Notes: generated from the letters alone by a model not told the origin. Positions 11,231 to 24,095 are shown, counted from the stretch's first letter. The stretch: 64,000 bases of DNA from Pelomyxa schiedti (GCA_020536535.1 JAHLWZ010000187.1:193455-257454); one strand, 5' to 3'. Program-made: numbers and translations.

Positions 11231-12841
11231 CCAAAAAAGGGTGGTACCACAGTTTTTTTTTTGTTTTAACTGTTTATAGCATATCTGGGGATTTCTCATT
11301 TCTCTTCTGAATTGCTGGTGACATTACAAGCTGCACTGCATCTCACTGACACAGACCTACAGCTTGCAGGAAAGTCATCTGCAAGTGCACGAAGGAAAGC
11401 CATCTCTGACTGGGCTGCAAAAACTGGAAACACGGAAACAACAAAAACAGCTGTGGCTTCTATCAAAGAAAAGCAAGCACAAGCTGTTCCTCAGCAACAG
11501 CCACGCAAACACAGACCTTCAGCTTCACAAGTGGCACCCAATCCCAAGGAGACTGTATCTCTTGTACAGATCTGTTTGTCTTGGATGTTTCCTTGCCTCT
11601 CTGAAGCATTTGGTTGTGTACAGTTGTGGTCAAGGGAACTTGCATCCAAACTTGTAACAATTCAACGAGTGTGAGGGAATAAGTAGAATGTATGGCTTCC
11701 TAGATAGCACATTTGGGAGTGTTCTTGTTTTCAATCATGAGCTGACAGGTATTAAAAACAACACTTTACAATGCGACTTTGCTGTTTCAGTACCTGCACC
11801 CCATGTTCTTGAACTGGGACCTCTTTCCTCATACCCAAAGCACTGCCAGGAGTGTGCAAAGCTGTATCGCATTGCTTATGATATCCATTGCTACCAACAG
11901 AGAAAAACTAGTGGGTCACTCTGCTGGATGAAAAAAACTATGACAGCAAGTCAGTGCCGGGTAGTCAATCTTTTAGAATCAGAAAAGCAACCACTACAAA
12001 AAAAGGTTAATGCATTGACAATGGAACTTGAACATACCCAGCTTGTCTTAGCAAACAGAACTTCAAAAGAGTGCCTTGTGCATGACTTACTTGCTGTGCT
12101 GAATTTGGAGTACCAACAGGGGTCCCTGAACTTTTGTGAGATACTAGTTAAGTCTTTACTTGAGTACCTGCAGTTGAAAGACAGAAGACAGATCCGGTAT
12201 ACAGCAGAGATGACTAATTGGGGTCAGGTTCTTTATACAATATGCGGAAAGACTGGATATGAACACATTCGCGGATATGTAACAGGAGGAAGTAGGGGTC
12301 ACCCCACCATCAAAAGAGAAAATGGGCCTTCCTCTACCTTCAGTCAGTAGCCTACAAAAAGAATAACACCACCAAACTTCAGTACAAGTGATGCAGCAAT
12401 AAGGGTGTAGTTCTTCCTGGTGGAATTAGCTTTGATGGTGTTGAAGTGCGGAAAGGGCTAGAGAGGGATATGTCATCACAGATGCTTATTGGGTCTACAC
12501 AGGGAGGGATCCCTATTGAAAATATAAGCAACCTTCAAAAGGTGAATGAAGATACCTTTTCATCAGAGGCTCCACACAGCAATAGCAGTTCAGAGATTAG
12601 CCTTGCCTCAGAGATACTGCAGGTTGCCTGGGTTGGGTGGAATGGCACTGCACAAGAATGCATTTTCGAAATCCCTATTTGTGGAATGAGTAATAGAAAA
12701 ATAAGGCAAGTTGTACTACAGATTTTGCAAGCACTAAAAGTGGCTGATATACCAACACTGTGGGTCTCTAGTGATGGGTGGAATAAAGGAGCCTGTAACA
12801 ATCTAATGGACCCACTGGTGAAAGCATTGCAGCAACATTAG
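11231..12841 (+). mobile_element. Decayed P-element/THAP9-like DDE transposase relic
   Basis: Frame-broken motifs IRYTAEMTNWGQVLYTICGKTGYEHIRG, PLPSVSSL, GGISFDGVEVRKGL (first D), ILQVAWVGWNG, LWVSSDG (second D), in P-element transposase order; frameshifts near 12330-12400; no recognisable introns in the transposase-like part; part of the region is repeated at 32057-32166. Confidence 0.6.
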
Positions 12842-13232
12842 AATTCGTCATGTTTCTCACATGGAGAAGCTCTTCCGGAACTACTTGCTAAATTACTTCG
12901 CCTGAAAACACACATGGAGTCTGAACATCACAGACCGTTCTCCTACCCACCCCCGGCAGACCACTCGTGGAGTTACATTGAGCTTGAGGGTCGATTGGCA
13001 CCGACGGTACAACACACAACCCTCTACAACCAGCCAAACGCCACACAACCGCCGCACGGCTCGCCATCACCAGTGATTGGTTTTCTGTTTTGTTGGAGTT
13101 TGTTGATCAAACGTGTGGAAAAGGTATCAACCAGGCTTCTCTCTTTGGAACGTTGGAAAGCAAACCAAAATGGGATTCTTAGTAATAAAGGAAAAAGATA
13201 TCGTGAGGCTCAGGAACATTGTCGGTTTTTTT

Positions 13233-16200
13233 ATGTCGCTCAAAGCGCCTCCTTCAGCGAACCAAAGAGCCGTTGTCGAACTTAGCAGCACCCCGGTGGG
13301 TCGGTACAATGTGATGCTTTTGGGTGACAACACTCCTGGAAGGGTATGTGGTGCTTGTTGGTTTGTTTGTGTTGTTTGTTTGTTTTGTTGTTGATACTCG
13401 ACACACCTTGTTAAGACATAGGCTATGTGTCTTTATTTTGTTGCGTTGTGACCACCAGCCACCAGATGGCTCTTGTTGAGGAGATGAAGGCACTACACAT
13501 TGGGCCACTGCCAACTCCCAGGACTGAGGAGTATTCCGCACCGGGAGCACCTGGGTGTTCCTCATGGGACCTTTTATACCACTCTTGCGGTACGTTGGTA
13601 TGTGTTGGCAGTGTATTTGTAATTTTGGACTCTGATATTCACGGATGTTTTCCTATTTGAAAATAGAGGGGCTTCTGGTTGGAGTCACACTCAATGGTGA
13701 GACTTTCCACTTCCTCTGGGCATTTTTCATCAGTTTTCAAAAAAACAAAGATGTGTCTAATATGTGGGGTGACTGGAACAGGCCGTACAAGTATGATTCA
13801 AAAGCTGATGCTGCAATTTTGTGTTTCTCATTGCGGAGCAATGACACTCTGAACAGTGTCAGAAACAAGGTTATAAATCAATACTTCCACACTTTTTACC
13901 ATGGGCATTTGAAACAGTGGTTTCCTGAAATATTCAACAACAAGCGTGGTGTCCCCTGCTTCCTTGTTGGACTGAATCATGATATCCCTACCTCTCCCTA
14001 TTATAAACACACTCCAGTGACACATCAGCAAGGAATTCAAGTATTTTTGTTTCTATCTTCTTCCTTTTTGAAATGTCTCAAAAGGCAGCCCGTGATATTG
14101 GGGCTGTTTATTATTACGAAGTTGAGAATGCTTCTGCAGTTGTCAAATCACTGATATCACGACTGGTTCACACTCTCCAGCACCCCATCTCATGCAACAC
14201 TGATAAGTGGGAGAGCCTTGAGCTGTCCTATACCAGGTAATCTTGTGCAAAGGATGATTATTCTTTCTCACTGTTAAACTCCACAACGCAAACCAAGTTA
14301 TGGGCACGTCTGCTCAGTGCATAACGATCACCTATACATTTTTGGAGGTGGCCCAAATAGTGCTCAAACAACCGAAGGTATCTCATTTGACCTGAATTCT
14401 AGAACTCGCACTTCCATGTCTGATCCACGTGGCGAGTGCACGAGATTCCCTGCACACTGTGCATCAAGTGATGGGAGATATGTTTACTTTTATGGTGGAA
14501 GGAAATTCACAGTACCCGTAAACTCATTCAATGTTTTTGATGCCGAGAATCATTCGTGGAATAAATTGAATCCTCCCGTAGATCGCCCTGCCACCTATGG
14601 AGCAAGCCTTTGCTTGTGCGTTGTCTTATGTGATTTTACAGCCGTTTATGTCCTCCTGTTTTCGAACTAACTTCGCCCAAGGTTTCGCAACAGTCTCTTT
14701 CTTTTTGGTGGATCTCACGACCCCGGTGCCTCTAGTAGTCTCTATGGTAGTTATTCCTTTCCTGTCTGGAGAAGTGACTTATCTTCCATGTAAAACGGCA
14801 GTCTATAAGCTGGATACACAGACGTGGAGTGCAATTCCTCCCAGAAATGCTGCCCCTGAACCTCGTTATCATCACAGTGCCTTTGTCAAGTGCCTTTTCC
14901 TCTCATTTATCATTGCTTTTTTAAACACCACAAAAGGGGAAACAAGATGTTTATTCTATGTGGAATTGGGGAGAAAAATGTGAAATACAATGACGTTTGG
15001 ACCACTAATCTCCTGGAAGCTTCTGCATTCGGCCGGGCAACTTGGGTGAAGGTCACATGCCAAGGGACGCCTCCCACGCCACAACGCGGACATGCAGGGT
15101 GCTTGTTGACTGAAGATATGTTTATGTTTGTTGGTTCAACAAACTCAAATCCCTCTGCCGAATTTTTCAAGTGAGTGAATCCCTGACTCACCCAAGTAAT
15201 GATATTAATTCATACACCTCTGGTCAAATACTGATGATTAGCATTTTTCCGAGTAGTTCTATCCAATAATATCATACTAATAATTATTGTGATAATATCG
15301 AGTTACTGTGAATAACCACAGGTTTCAGATTTGACACAAACACATTCACATGGACGAAATTATTGCTTCCTTATTCACCACGCTCCAGAGAGGTTGAAAT
15401 TCATTTTTACACACTCCCTCTCAAACATAACCAGTTTTTTGGGATTGCCTCATGGAGGCAGCATGTTATACTCATTGGTGGGATGATACGAGACACTTCA
15501 TCTGCAGTTTTGTCTGATTGCCACATCTCATTCACACCATCGTTGTTTGCTACACCTCCAAAAACAAGTGCCTCTACTACCACAAATGGCGCATCACTTG
15601 TGTCATCATCACTTCCACAAGATCACTCTTCACCTGTTCAACTTCCACAAGACTGTTGGGTACAAATTACATCCTACCTGGAACCAGAAACAATCTGCCT
15701 GCTGGGAGCTGTACTTCACACTTCCTGCTCAATCAACCTCACTCCCAGAAAAAGGTTTCACGAACTTTGTACAAGATTTGCGTCAGCGATTTGGTGTGGA
15801 GGAGGTTTTTGCCTGTTGAATTTCACTCTCAAACATGTCTGAAAACCTTATGTATGTGTCCAGTCAAATTCCTTTTGCTAACCACAATGAAGGTATTCCC
15901 ATGTGGAAAAATGCAACTCCATTGGCAGCTATGTATAATGTTCCAAGATACACCGTATGTCTTCACATTTTAAATTAAATGGTGATATCATTGTTATTTA
16001 ATAACATTTACCAAAACAACAGGGACCTGAGTCACCGTCTTGTTTCCTTGGTGATGGACAAATTCTGATGGCTGATGGAACCACCAAGTCTAAAACATCC
16101 TCACCCAACTTCCGACTCACAGTTTCCAACAGACCAGTGAGGGACGTGGAGGAAGGAGATTGTGTCATGACAGAACTAATGCGTGGCCGAAAAGTGGAGC

Positions 16201-16846
16201 AAGTGAGGGCACATCATCGTTCCAATCCTCTGAGGCTTGTATTTTTGAATGGCGTTGGTCTGACAACAGGACACCCAATCTGGCAAGTAGGTCACCAACC
16301 GAATTGGCACACTGACGCAGGTTAGTTTTTGCTCTTCCGGAATTGCAACTATATCTCCTTGTGAACGCTGGGTGCCATTCACACACTCCCATCCCCCAAA
16401 TATCAAGTTTTTACAACAAAATTCATGAGTACACAGGAGAGTGGGTGCGTGCTTGTGATTCCAAGTCAGCAGAGATGAGGGTTGTTGAAAACCCCATTCT
16501 TTATGACTTTGTTCTTGCTGGTGGTCCTGTGGTGTGTCTGTGGCTTTCATAATCCCCACTAAATGAATTAAGGGTAATACAAACGCACACCACAATAAAC
16601 CAAATTATTAATTTGCCCACAGGAGCCTGACCACAGTGTCATCATCAACACCGTTATTGTATGTACACTTGGGAAAGACTGTGGGCCAAACTTCAGGAAC
16701 AGGTTCCCAAAGTCTGACCTCATGTATGTGTAGTAGTATCTCTCTTTTTACGATTTTTGCTCTCCAACAAACAAGCAACTCACAGGTATGGCAGTGGCTT
16801 TTGGGCCTCCTATAGCAACAAACGCAGCATTGAAACAACAGAGTGA
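13233..16846 (+). CDS. Multidomain protein: degenerate Rho-like GTPase + about 6 Kelch repeats + F-box + Vint-type Hint domain
   Basis: MLLGDNTPGR; ADAAILCFSL..TLNSVRNK|WFPEI...VPCFLVG (Rho-like); Kelch blades YGHVCSVHNDHLYIFGG, YVYFYGG, LFLFGG, RYHHSA..MFILCG, RGHAGC..MFMFVG, VILIGG; F-box LPQDCWVQITSYLEPETICLLGA|VSRTLYKICVSDLVW; Hint SPS/CFLGDGQILMADGTTK|PVRDVEEGDCV...GLTTGHPIW...LYDFVL...HSVIINTVIVCTLG; TGA at 16844-16846. Confidence 0.8.
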
Positions 16847-16995
16847 CTTCAACAACTAAAAGGTTCCTTGTTGTGCTTTACTATTGGGCAATTCTAAGAA
16901 CAATTGTTGTTGATCGAACCTTTTCCCCCATCATTTTCGACCCGTCGCCCACAAAGAAAAACAAAAAAACAACAACAAAAAAAACAGAAACCCTC

Positions 16996-17895
16996 ATGCA
17001 AAGGACACTCGTGCTTCTCAAGTCGGACGCCGTCGTGAGGAAACAAGCAGGAGTCGAGGCCGTGCGGCGCCTCCTCTCGATGTGCGCCCCCCCCGCGACG
17101 CCGGCGGGCCCGACGGCGCCCACGGCCGCGGCCGCGGACGCGTGCCGCTTCGCTTGCTTCGCCGAGGTCGCGCACGTGCCGAGGGAGCTGGCGTGCCTGC
17201 ACTACTACGAGCACGTCGCCCGGGGGTTCTACAGCTTCATCGTGGAGTACCTCGCGAGCCCCTACGGCGTCGTGGTGATGGTGCTCGAGGGCAACAACGT
17301 GGTCCAGAGGGTCAGGGACATGCTGGGGCCTACTTTCGTCGACAAGGCAATGCTGGAGGAAGGTGTGTTTCTTTGGAAAATTATCAATCAATGCTTGTGT
17401 AGTGTTGGGCTTTTTATTTGGTTTTGCTATGTATACGAGATACGCGTGTGCGCGCGTATATGTTTTCAGTATTTTAGTAACACAGCCATTTAATAACGAG
17501 ATATGAATTTGTATCTTGGGATTCAATGTGCTCCCCTCACTAAACGATTGATAGGATGCCTTCGCGGACAGCATGGTGTTATGGCCGGAATGAATTTGTG
17601 CCATGCATCTGACTCCCCAGCAAGTGGCGAGCGCGAGTGCTCATTGTGGCTTTCCGCACTGAGCCTGCAGTGCGATGTGGCCAATGCCGGCAAGCTTGCC
17701 GAGGCCTACGTTGCCAAGTGGGACGGGAAGCTCCCGATTATGTCGGCACAGTTCCATGAGGTGTGTGCTCCAATGCTTGACCAGGTGAGGAAGATGCGCG
17801 AGCTGTTCAAGGCTGAGGGTGGTGATGCCATCTCTGATGATGACGCTAAGGCCATGGTGAGGCTGGCTCTCTTGGCCCTAGTCAACAGGATGTGA
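16996..17895 (+). CDS. NDK: Nucleoside diphosphate kinase, two exons
   Basis: MQRTLVLLKSDAV, HYYEHVARGFY, VVMVLEG.NVV..VR.MLGPT, |GCLRGQHG...NLCHASDS...ERECSLW; intron about 17363-17553. Confidence 0.92.
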
Positions 17896-18096
17896 CCTGA
17901 GAATTAAGAAGTAATTAGACATAGAAAAATGCTTGACTTTATTCCCCAATTACAATGGCCACCTTTTACATTTGGTTCCTTTTTGGAGCCAAAAAGGGAA
18001 AACAGATACAACAGAAAACGGTATTTTGGTGTTTCCTCATAAAATAATTTTGTTAGGTTTTCCGTCACTTTTGTTTGTACAAATGGAATGAGTGAC

Positions 18097-21000
18097 CTAG
18101 TCCTCCTCCCTCTTGCTGCTTGTGGACTCATGGTGCCGGTGTTTGTGGCTCGAGGAGTGTTTGGTTTCTTTGCTTTTTGTGTGTGAGTGAGAGTGGTTGT
18201 CCGGATCTTCTTCCAGAACTTCTTTGTTGTCTGTGGTGATGCCCACTGAAGGATTTTCAGGAGGCGGCTCCTCTAGAAGTTCTTCAGGCGGTTCGATTTT
18301 GGGGGTTTGTGCTTGCTGCAGTGGTGATGTTCTGTTCGAGCGGCGTTTCGGGTGGTGCGTGTGGTGCTGCTTTTGGCCGCGGGACAGAGTAAGATTCATT
18401 TCGGAAACTGACTTCCTCAACTGTGCTGGTACAATGACTTCGGACCGTGAGTGGTGGTGATGCTTCTTGTGGTGGTGTGGCTGCTTGAGGGTGCCTGAAT
18501 CATCGCGGTTGCTGTCGTTCTCGGTGCTCAATGGTTGGTCGTCCTTGCTATTTTCTGCTTGGTCATCTTTGATACTTTCTGCTTGGTCGTCTGGTACTCC
18601 CATCTCTTTTTCGATTATGCTGAAGTTACTCTTTGGTCTTTCTTCTTGAGCCCGGGGTAAGGGCTCTTCTTTCTCGTCATGTGGGAGAGGAGAGTCTCTA
18701 CTTAAGTCATTACTGTGGGTTTCCACCAATAAATCGCCTCCAGGGTGATTGTCATCAAATGGGGGAGGCCCTATATAATCGTCTGGGGGAGGCCCAATGA
18801 AATCTGAAGGCGGGCCAATTGAATCCAATTCGTCAATGGCACTAGGGTTCCTTAAATTGACAAAGGAATGAAAGCGATAATGGGATTCGAGTTCAGAGAC
18901 GAAGGGAGAACCAGTGGACGATCTGTATTCCCCCACATCGCTCAAATTTCCGGGAGTTTGACGGTGTACATCCTGTGGCGTATCATCAGAAGAACTGTCA
19001 TAGTCGTCATCGGAATTAATCTCATGTGCAGGAACATTGTGTCGGATTGGAAGCTTGTCACTTGTGGTGCTGGAGAGATCAAGAGTAAGTGGGCCTGAGG
19101 TATTAAGCGTTGAACTTCGTATAACTGTGGGAGCAAAATAAACCGTGGCTGGGGTAAACTCCACTGGATTGGGGGATTTAATATCTTGAGGTAGTGATGC
19201 GGTTGGTGTGGTTGTGCCTGTAGCTGTGGCTGTGGTAGTTGGAGGATGAAAGCGATTGGTTGGACGGGTATGCCTGTATATTGGAAAAGAATGCAGAATC
19301 GTTTGCTTTGTGGGAAGTGCAGATGCTGTTGGGGGTGGTACACTTCCGAGCGTTGGTGAAGTTGCTTCAACTTCAGGGAGTGATGTTGGGGGAGGGATTG
19401 GTGCCGTAACCGATTTGGATACGGCGGAAAGGATTTCTGCTATTGGAGGTGCTGCAACAAGGGCGGAGCTGTGTGACGAAGGAGATGAGGATGGAGATGG
19501 GTGTTTATTCACCATGGAGTAGTATTTTTGTTCCAGTCCAACTATGGAGGAATGCTCGGGCTCTCTTTTAGGCAATACATGGCTTAACATGCGCTTCCGT
19601 AATAAACGAATGGCTTCTACGCGTACGTTACATGTGCACATAAGGAATGCAGCCATACCACAAAAACACTCCGTTGTATTGACATTACTTTTGGCAGAGC
19701 ATTCAAGATACTGAGCATGATGAGAACGGGAAATATTGAGCCCTTGAATACTTTGCTTGTGGGGCATATCAATCTTATTACAAACAATCAAAACTAGTAT
19801 AATATTAGATTACACTGGAAACCCAGATTACATACTTGGCACACCATCAGTGCGCATGATTCTTATAGTTTTTACAATTTGTGGTACAGTATCAAATGAA
19901 GAAGCATTATCAACTGCATAAACTACAATTACAACATGTGCAGAAGCGAGTCGCTCAGCTGCTACAGCATCAAACTAAGTAAGATTTTTTAGGGGGGGAA
20001 AAAAAAAGGTACTATGAAGACCTTATCAAACTCGTTTATAACGAGGGAGCATTCAATTCCATCAACGTTCAATTTCCTCTGGGAAACGTAAAAAAATTGA
20101 AACTGTGTTGTATGATAACCTTCAATGGGAAAAAGAACCCGTCATCCAATTGGAATGCCTATAGAAGGGAATAATGTAATTGAGACAATCTGTTAGAGTT
20201 ACCTTCTGAATGAGATATGTCTTTCCAGAGGACATAACTCCACAAACTACAATGTTTGCAACTACAAGTGTTGGAGATTGCATAAAACTCCTAGATATAC
20301 CTCGAATAGAAGAGTATCTCCCTAAAGCTGGTGCTCTTGGCATATCTACATCAGTTCCACAGTCAACAACATGTTGGGGAAGTGATGGCGCTTCAAAAGG
20401 AGCCCACTGCCCAGTAGGAAGTGCCATCCACCTTGGAGTACCATGGTCATGTATTTTAGGGGACCACCAATCCTTTGTTAGAAAGAGTTGAATTGTCTCA
20501 GGCCTGTAATGTATAAGAATGATATAGAGTGAAAAGTTGAGAGGGATTACATTAATAAATTCAATTTTCCTTCAGACACAAATTCAATCCTTGCTGGATA
20601 TGCAAAGTTCTTTTTTAAATCGTTTGGCACGAATTTCGCCTCACTGGATTCAGATAATTTACTCTTCACTAGGGAAGGATGCGAGTCAATTACAGCATTG
20701 ATAGGCATTATTTACATGGATGTAATACGGAACTGGATAATACAGGAGGATTGGGTGCTGATATAGTCAGAGGATTTATGTGTGGCTTTGGTTTCTCCAC
20801 AAAAGACTTCATGGAGAAGATTTTCAATTCAGGTAAAGAGTCCTGTTTTTTTGGTCTGCCAAATGGATTTGCCTCTACAGGGTATTTCTTCCCTTTTCTT
20901 TGGAATTCTCTGTAGGAGACTTTACAAACACGTCAGCCAAAAGGTGTCAAAGAAAAAAACGTACCTGATAAAAGAAGGTCAGCCATTTGAGAGGGTGCAT

Positions 21001-23350
21001 ACAGTGGTACAAACCATGAGTGAGTCCTGCAGGAAGTTATCAAATGGGTGCCACAGAAACACTATTGGAGGGTGTGAAACCTTCTTGCCATTTCACTGAA
21101 AAATAACTTTGCATCAGGGGCTTCACTTGATTGAACGTGAGCAGCATAAATTTTTACTCTCCACGACCGAAGGATGTGGAGTTCTTTTTGCCACGATATT
21201 TGTTGTGTTGTATATGAAGGTGGATGTGGATGAGAATCACCCACAACAATCAGAATTTTCTTAGCTGAATCTGAGGACATGTGAATAAGAAAAAAATTAG
21301 TCCTGATTACTTCTCCATGAAAGTTTTGTGGCTTCCCGTAACATCAACTCATAACTGTGAGATTGAGAAGGGTACAAAAGGAGAAAACTCATACGCTTCA
21401 GAGATATCACCACCAGAGGTTGGCTCAACAGAGTGCAGAAAGGCACTCATTGATGGCACACTTTGCCCAAAGTCGTGTGTTTTCACAACATACAGCTTGT
21501 AATCACCTGGTACAAAGTAAGTGCCTAGGTGACTCTGTATGGAATTGGAAAGGAATACAATAATCTCCATGAACAAGCAGAGCAATTCTATGTTGAGGGT
21601 GAGTGCATTCAGTAAAAGTGGCTCACATACCTTAAACATGGAATATCATTGAGCAAACGTGTAGCAACTCCTTCAAAACAAACTCGCAACGCTTTCCAGT
21701 AAGACAGCATGGATTCTGAATTATTTCAGAGAAGAAAAGGATGAAGTTGGGGGAAAACCAGTAGTATCAATACTTATTGCGAGGTCTATTTGAGTTGTAT
21801 CTTTTTTTTCTCTTTTTGGACCTCTCCTGTTACAAAATTAATCCGTGAAAAAAAAACAAAATGATCAACCAAGCAAAGTTCCGCATATCACTCTCACTGT
21901 TGGAACCACTATCCTCACTGGAGGTATCCTCACAGCTCGATTTATCACTTTGGCTATCGCTGCTACTGGCAGGACTCTCAGCTTCACTTTCGCTGCTAGA
22001 GGCAAGGAGAGGTATCTTGTTTTTTACCTTGTGGCTTGTGCTCTTGGATTTGTGAAGGCTAACAACAGGTAGGGTTGTTGTGGAATTGGAAGATCGAGAC
22101 CTTCTCCTCATTCCGAAGTATCCAGAAAAATTTCTATTAGCAGTTGATGTAGAAGCAGTGGTACTCGAAGTTGCTTTTAAGTTAGCTGGTGGATTGGATA
22201 GAGGTGCACTAGCTGTTGGTGCAGACGTGGATGCGGTTGTGGTTGCAGTTGTGGTTGTAGTAGTTGTTGAGGTGGTTGTGGTGGTCGTGGTTGTGGGAAC
22301 AGCCAAAGCTGGTGCAGCTTGGGTTTCAGAATCGTTGGGCTTTTCTGTAATAGGATGTACCTCATCCAGAGGATGTTCGTTGGGCTTTTCCCTTGGTTTC
22401 TCAACATCCTCTGTCCCTGCATCCTTGTGCTTACTTTTATGTCCTAGAAAAGAGTCGCGTGCCATATCCGAGTGTGATGAAGAGTGCATGTGTCTGCTGA
22501 CAGAATGTCTTGTCATAGTGGAAATTTTTTCTGTTGTCTTTCCTTTTGCATCAGCTTTTGCAGCTTCAACGTCAAAGTCATCAAGCCGTTCAATGCCAAC
22601 ATTTTCGTCATCGTTTTTGTGGTGCTTGGGCTTCCTTAGTGATAGCCATCGCACCTTAGTCCTTTTCTTGTGAGGTTTGTCCTCGTCGCTCAGCGCCCCG
22701 CTCCCAACCTCCAGGCCCTCGCCATCGCTAACCGCAGTCTTCGGCTTCCTTCTACTCACAGCGCCAACTAGTTTGGCAGCTCTGCTCGCCACGCCGCCTC
22801 CCTGCTTCCCGCCGTCGCTGTCTCCGCCATCGCCACTCGCTGCCATTGTGACAGGAGTGCCCAGGCTGCTAGGCGTCATCGCCTCTTTCATGCCGCCAAC
22901 GCTGGCAGGGATGTACGACGTCTCGGCGGTGTCGGCCGACGAAGAGCGGGAGGCAGAGCCCAGCGAGGTGGCGCGGACCACACTGTGCAGGAACGCGAGT
23001 GGCTTCATCGTGCTCTTGCCGGCCTTGGCGGACTCGGCCTCACCGGCGCCCTCCCGAAACGAAGATTCTCGTTTCGCACCGCTCAAGCTGGCGCCGCCGA
23101 CTGCAGGAGGGGCGATTATGGGTGGCGTGGCTGGAACCGACGTAGTTGTAGTAGTGGCAGATGGTACGGCGGATGAAGGCTGAGTCGAAGATGAGGTAGA
23201 TGTGGAGTCGCATTGTGACGACGGCTGAGATGCAGATTCCGCAGCCGGCGCTTTCGTGTCTGCCGTTATTGTTTCGTGTGAAGTGTGCTTACGTTTGCTG
23301 TACTTGGCGCGTGGTGACGACGATGAAGATCTAGATTTGGACGGCTTCAT
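18097..23350 (-). CDS. vWA domain + Ras-like small GTPase domain protein with long low-complexity termini
   Basis: DLAISIDTTG|SM (MIDAS), IALLVHGDY, SGGDISEAYE, LSWR|SDSAKKILIVVGDSHPH; then IVVCGVMSSGKT (P-loop), VVIVVYAVDNASSFD, IVCNKID, YLECSAK; S/T/P/H-rich N- and C-terminal ORFs on the same strand. Confidence 0.75.
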
Positions 23351-24095
23351 CTCCCCCAAATCGTTTTCTTTTTCGCTATGAAAAGTTTCGTTTTTCGAAA
23401 AAAAAAACCGAACAAACGGGCCAAGAAACATCACTATGAGATTGATTGCAAGTAATTAAGGTAGTGTGTTGGTAACAAGTGGTTGACAAAACACACTCGT
23501 AATCTTTTGTTTTGTTTCTGTGAGTGCCAGGAGATCTATCTCAGTTTGCAGTCTTGGATAACCTGTTGGATGGATCTGTGGCCAGTGGTCGTGGTTGTAG
23601 CATTGGGCCTGCCGCTGGTCGGTTTCCCGGTTTCAACAAACGAAGTAGAACCGGGGCGGTGTAAACCAGGGTGAAAGTACAAATTCCCACAACTACGAAA
23701 TAGTATATATCACGATGGTGAGAATGAGGGGAGGCGTACGTAGCATGTAGACCACTGCGAGGTATCCAGATAGACATTTAGAAGAGACTCTGAATGTTGA
23801 ATAAGAACGTAAGTAAGCTTGGTTTATGAATGGGGGAAAAAAAATGCCCACGGGAACGGAAGGATGTCTAACAACCACGCCAGAAAGATGCCGGCGCCCA
23901 CGAAGGCACACACAGCAGTTCGTGTTGGAATGGTACTTCCTGCCAAACACGTCACAGGGAAAAAAAGCAGGGAGTCAGTGGCAGGTATGGTAATACTCAC
24001 GTTGTATGAACTTGTTGGGGTTCGTCGGCCTCAGCCCACCGTGCAACATGAAGAAAAAGATGGAAACTTGTGATTTCATGGGTTTTCTCACCACC

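Noticed and set aside
16041-16846. Hint domain as a true intein
   Set aside because: No C-terminal His-Asn followed by Cys/Ser/Thr extein and no endonuclease; it ends the protein with a Vint-like TLG tail
1-16846. Cullin and F-box gene as a functional cluster
   Set aside because: They are 13 kb apart with unrelated genes between; eukaryotic neighbourhood gives no support
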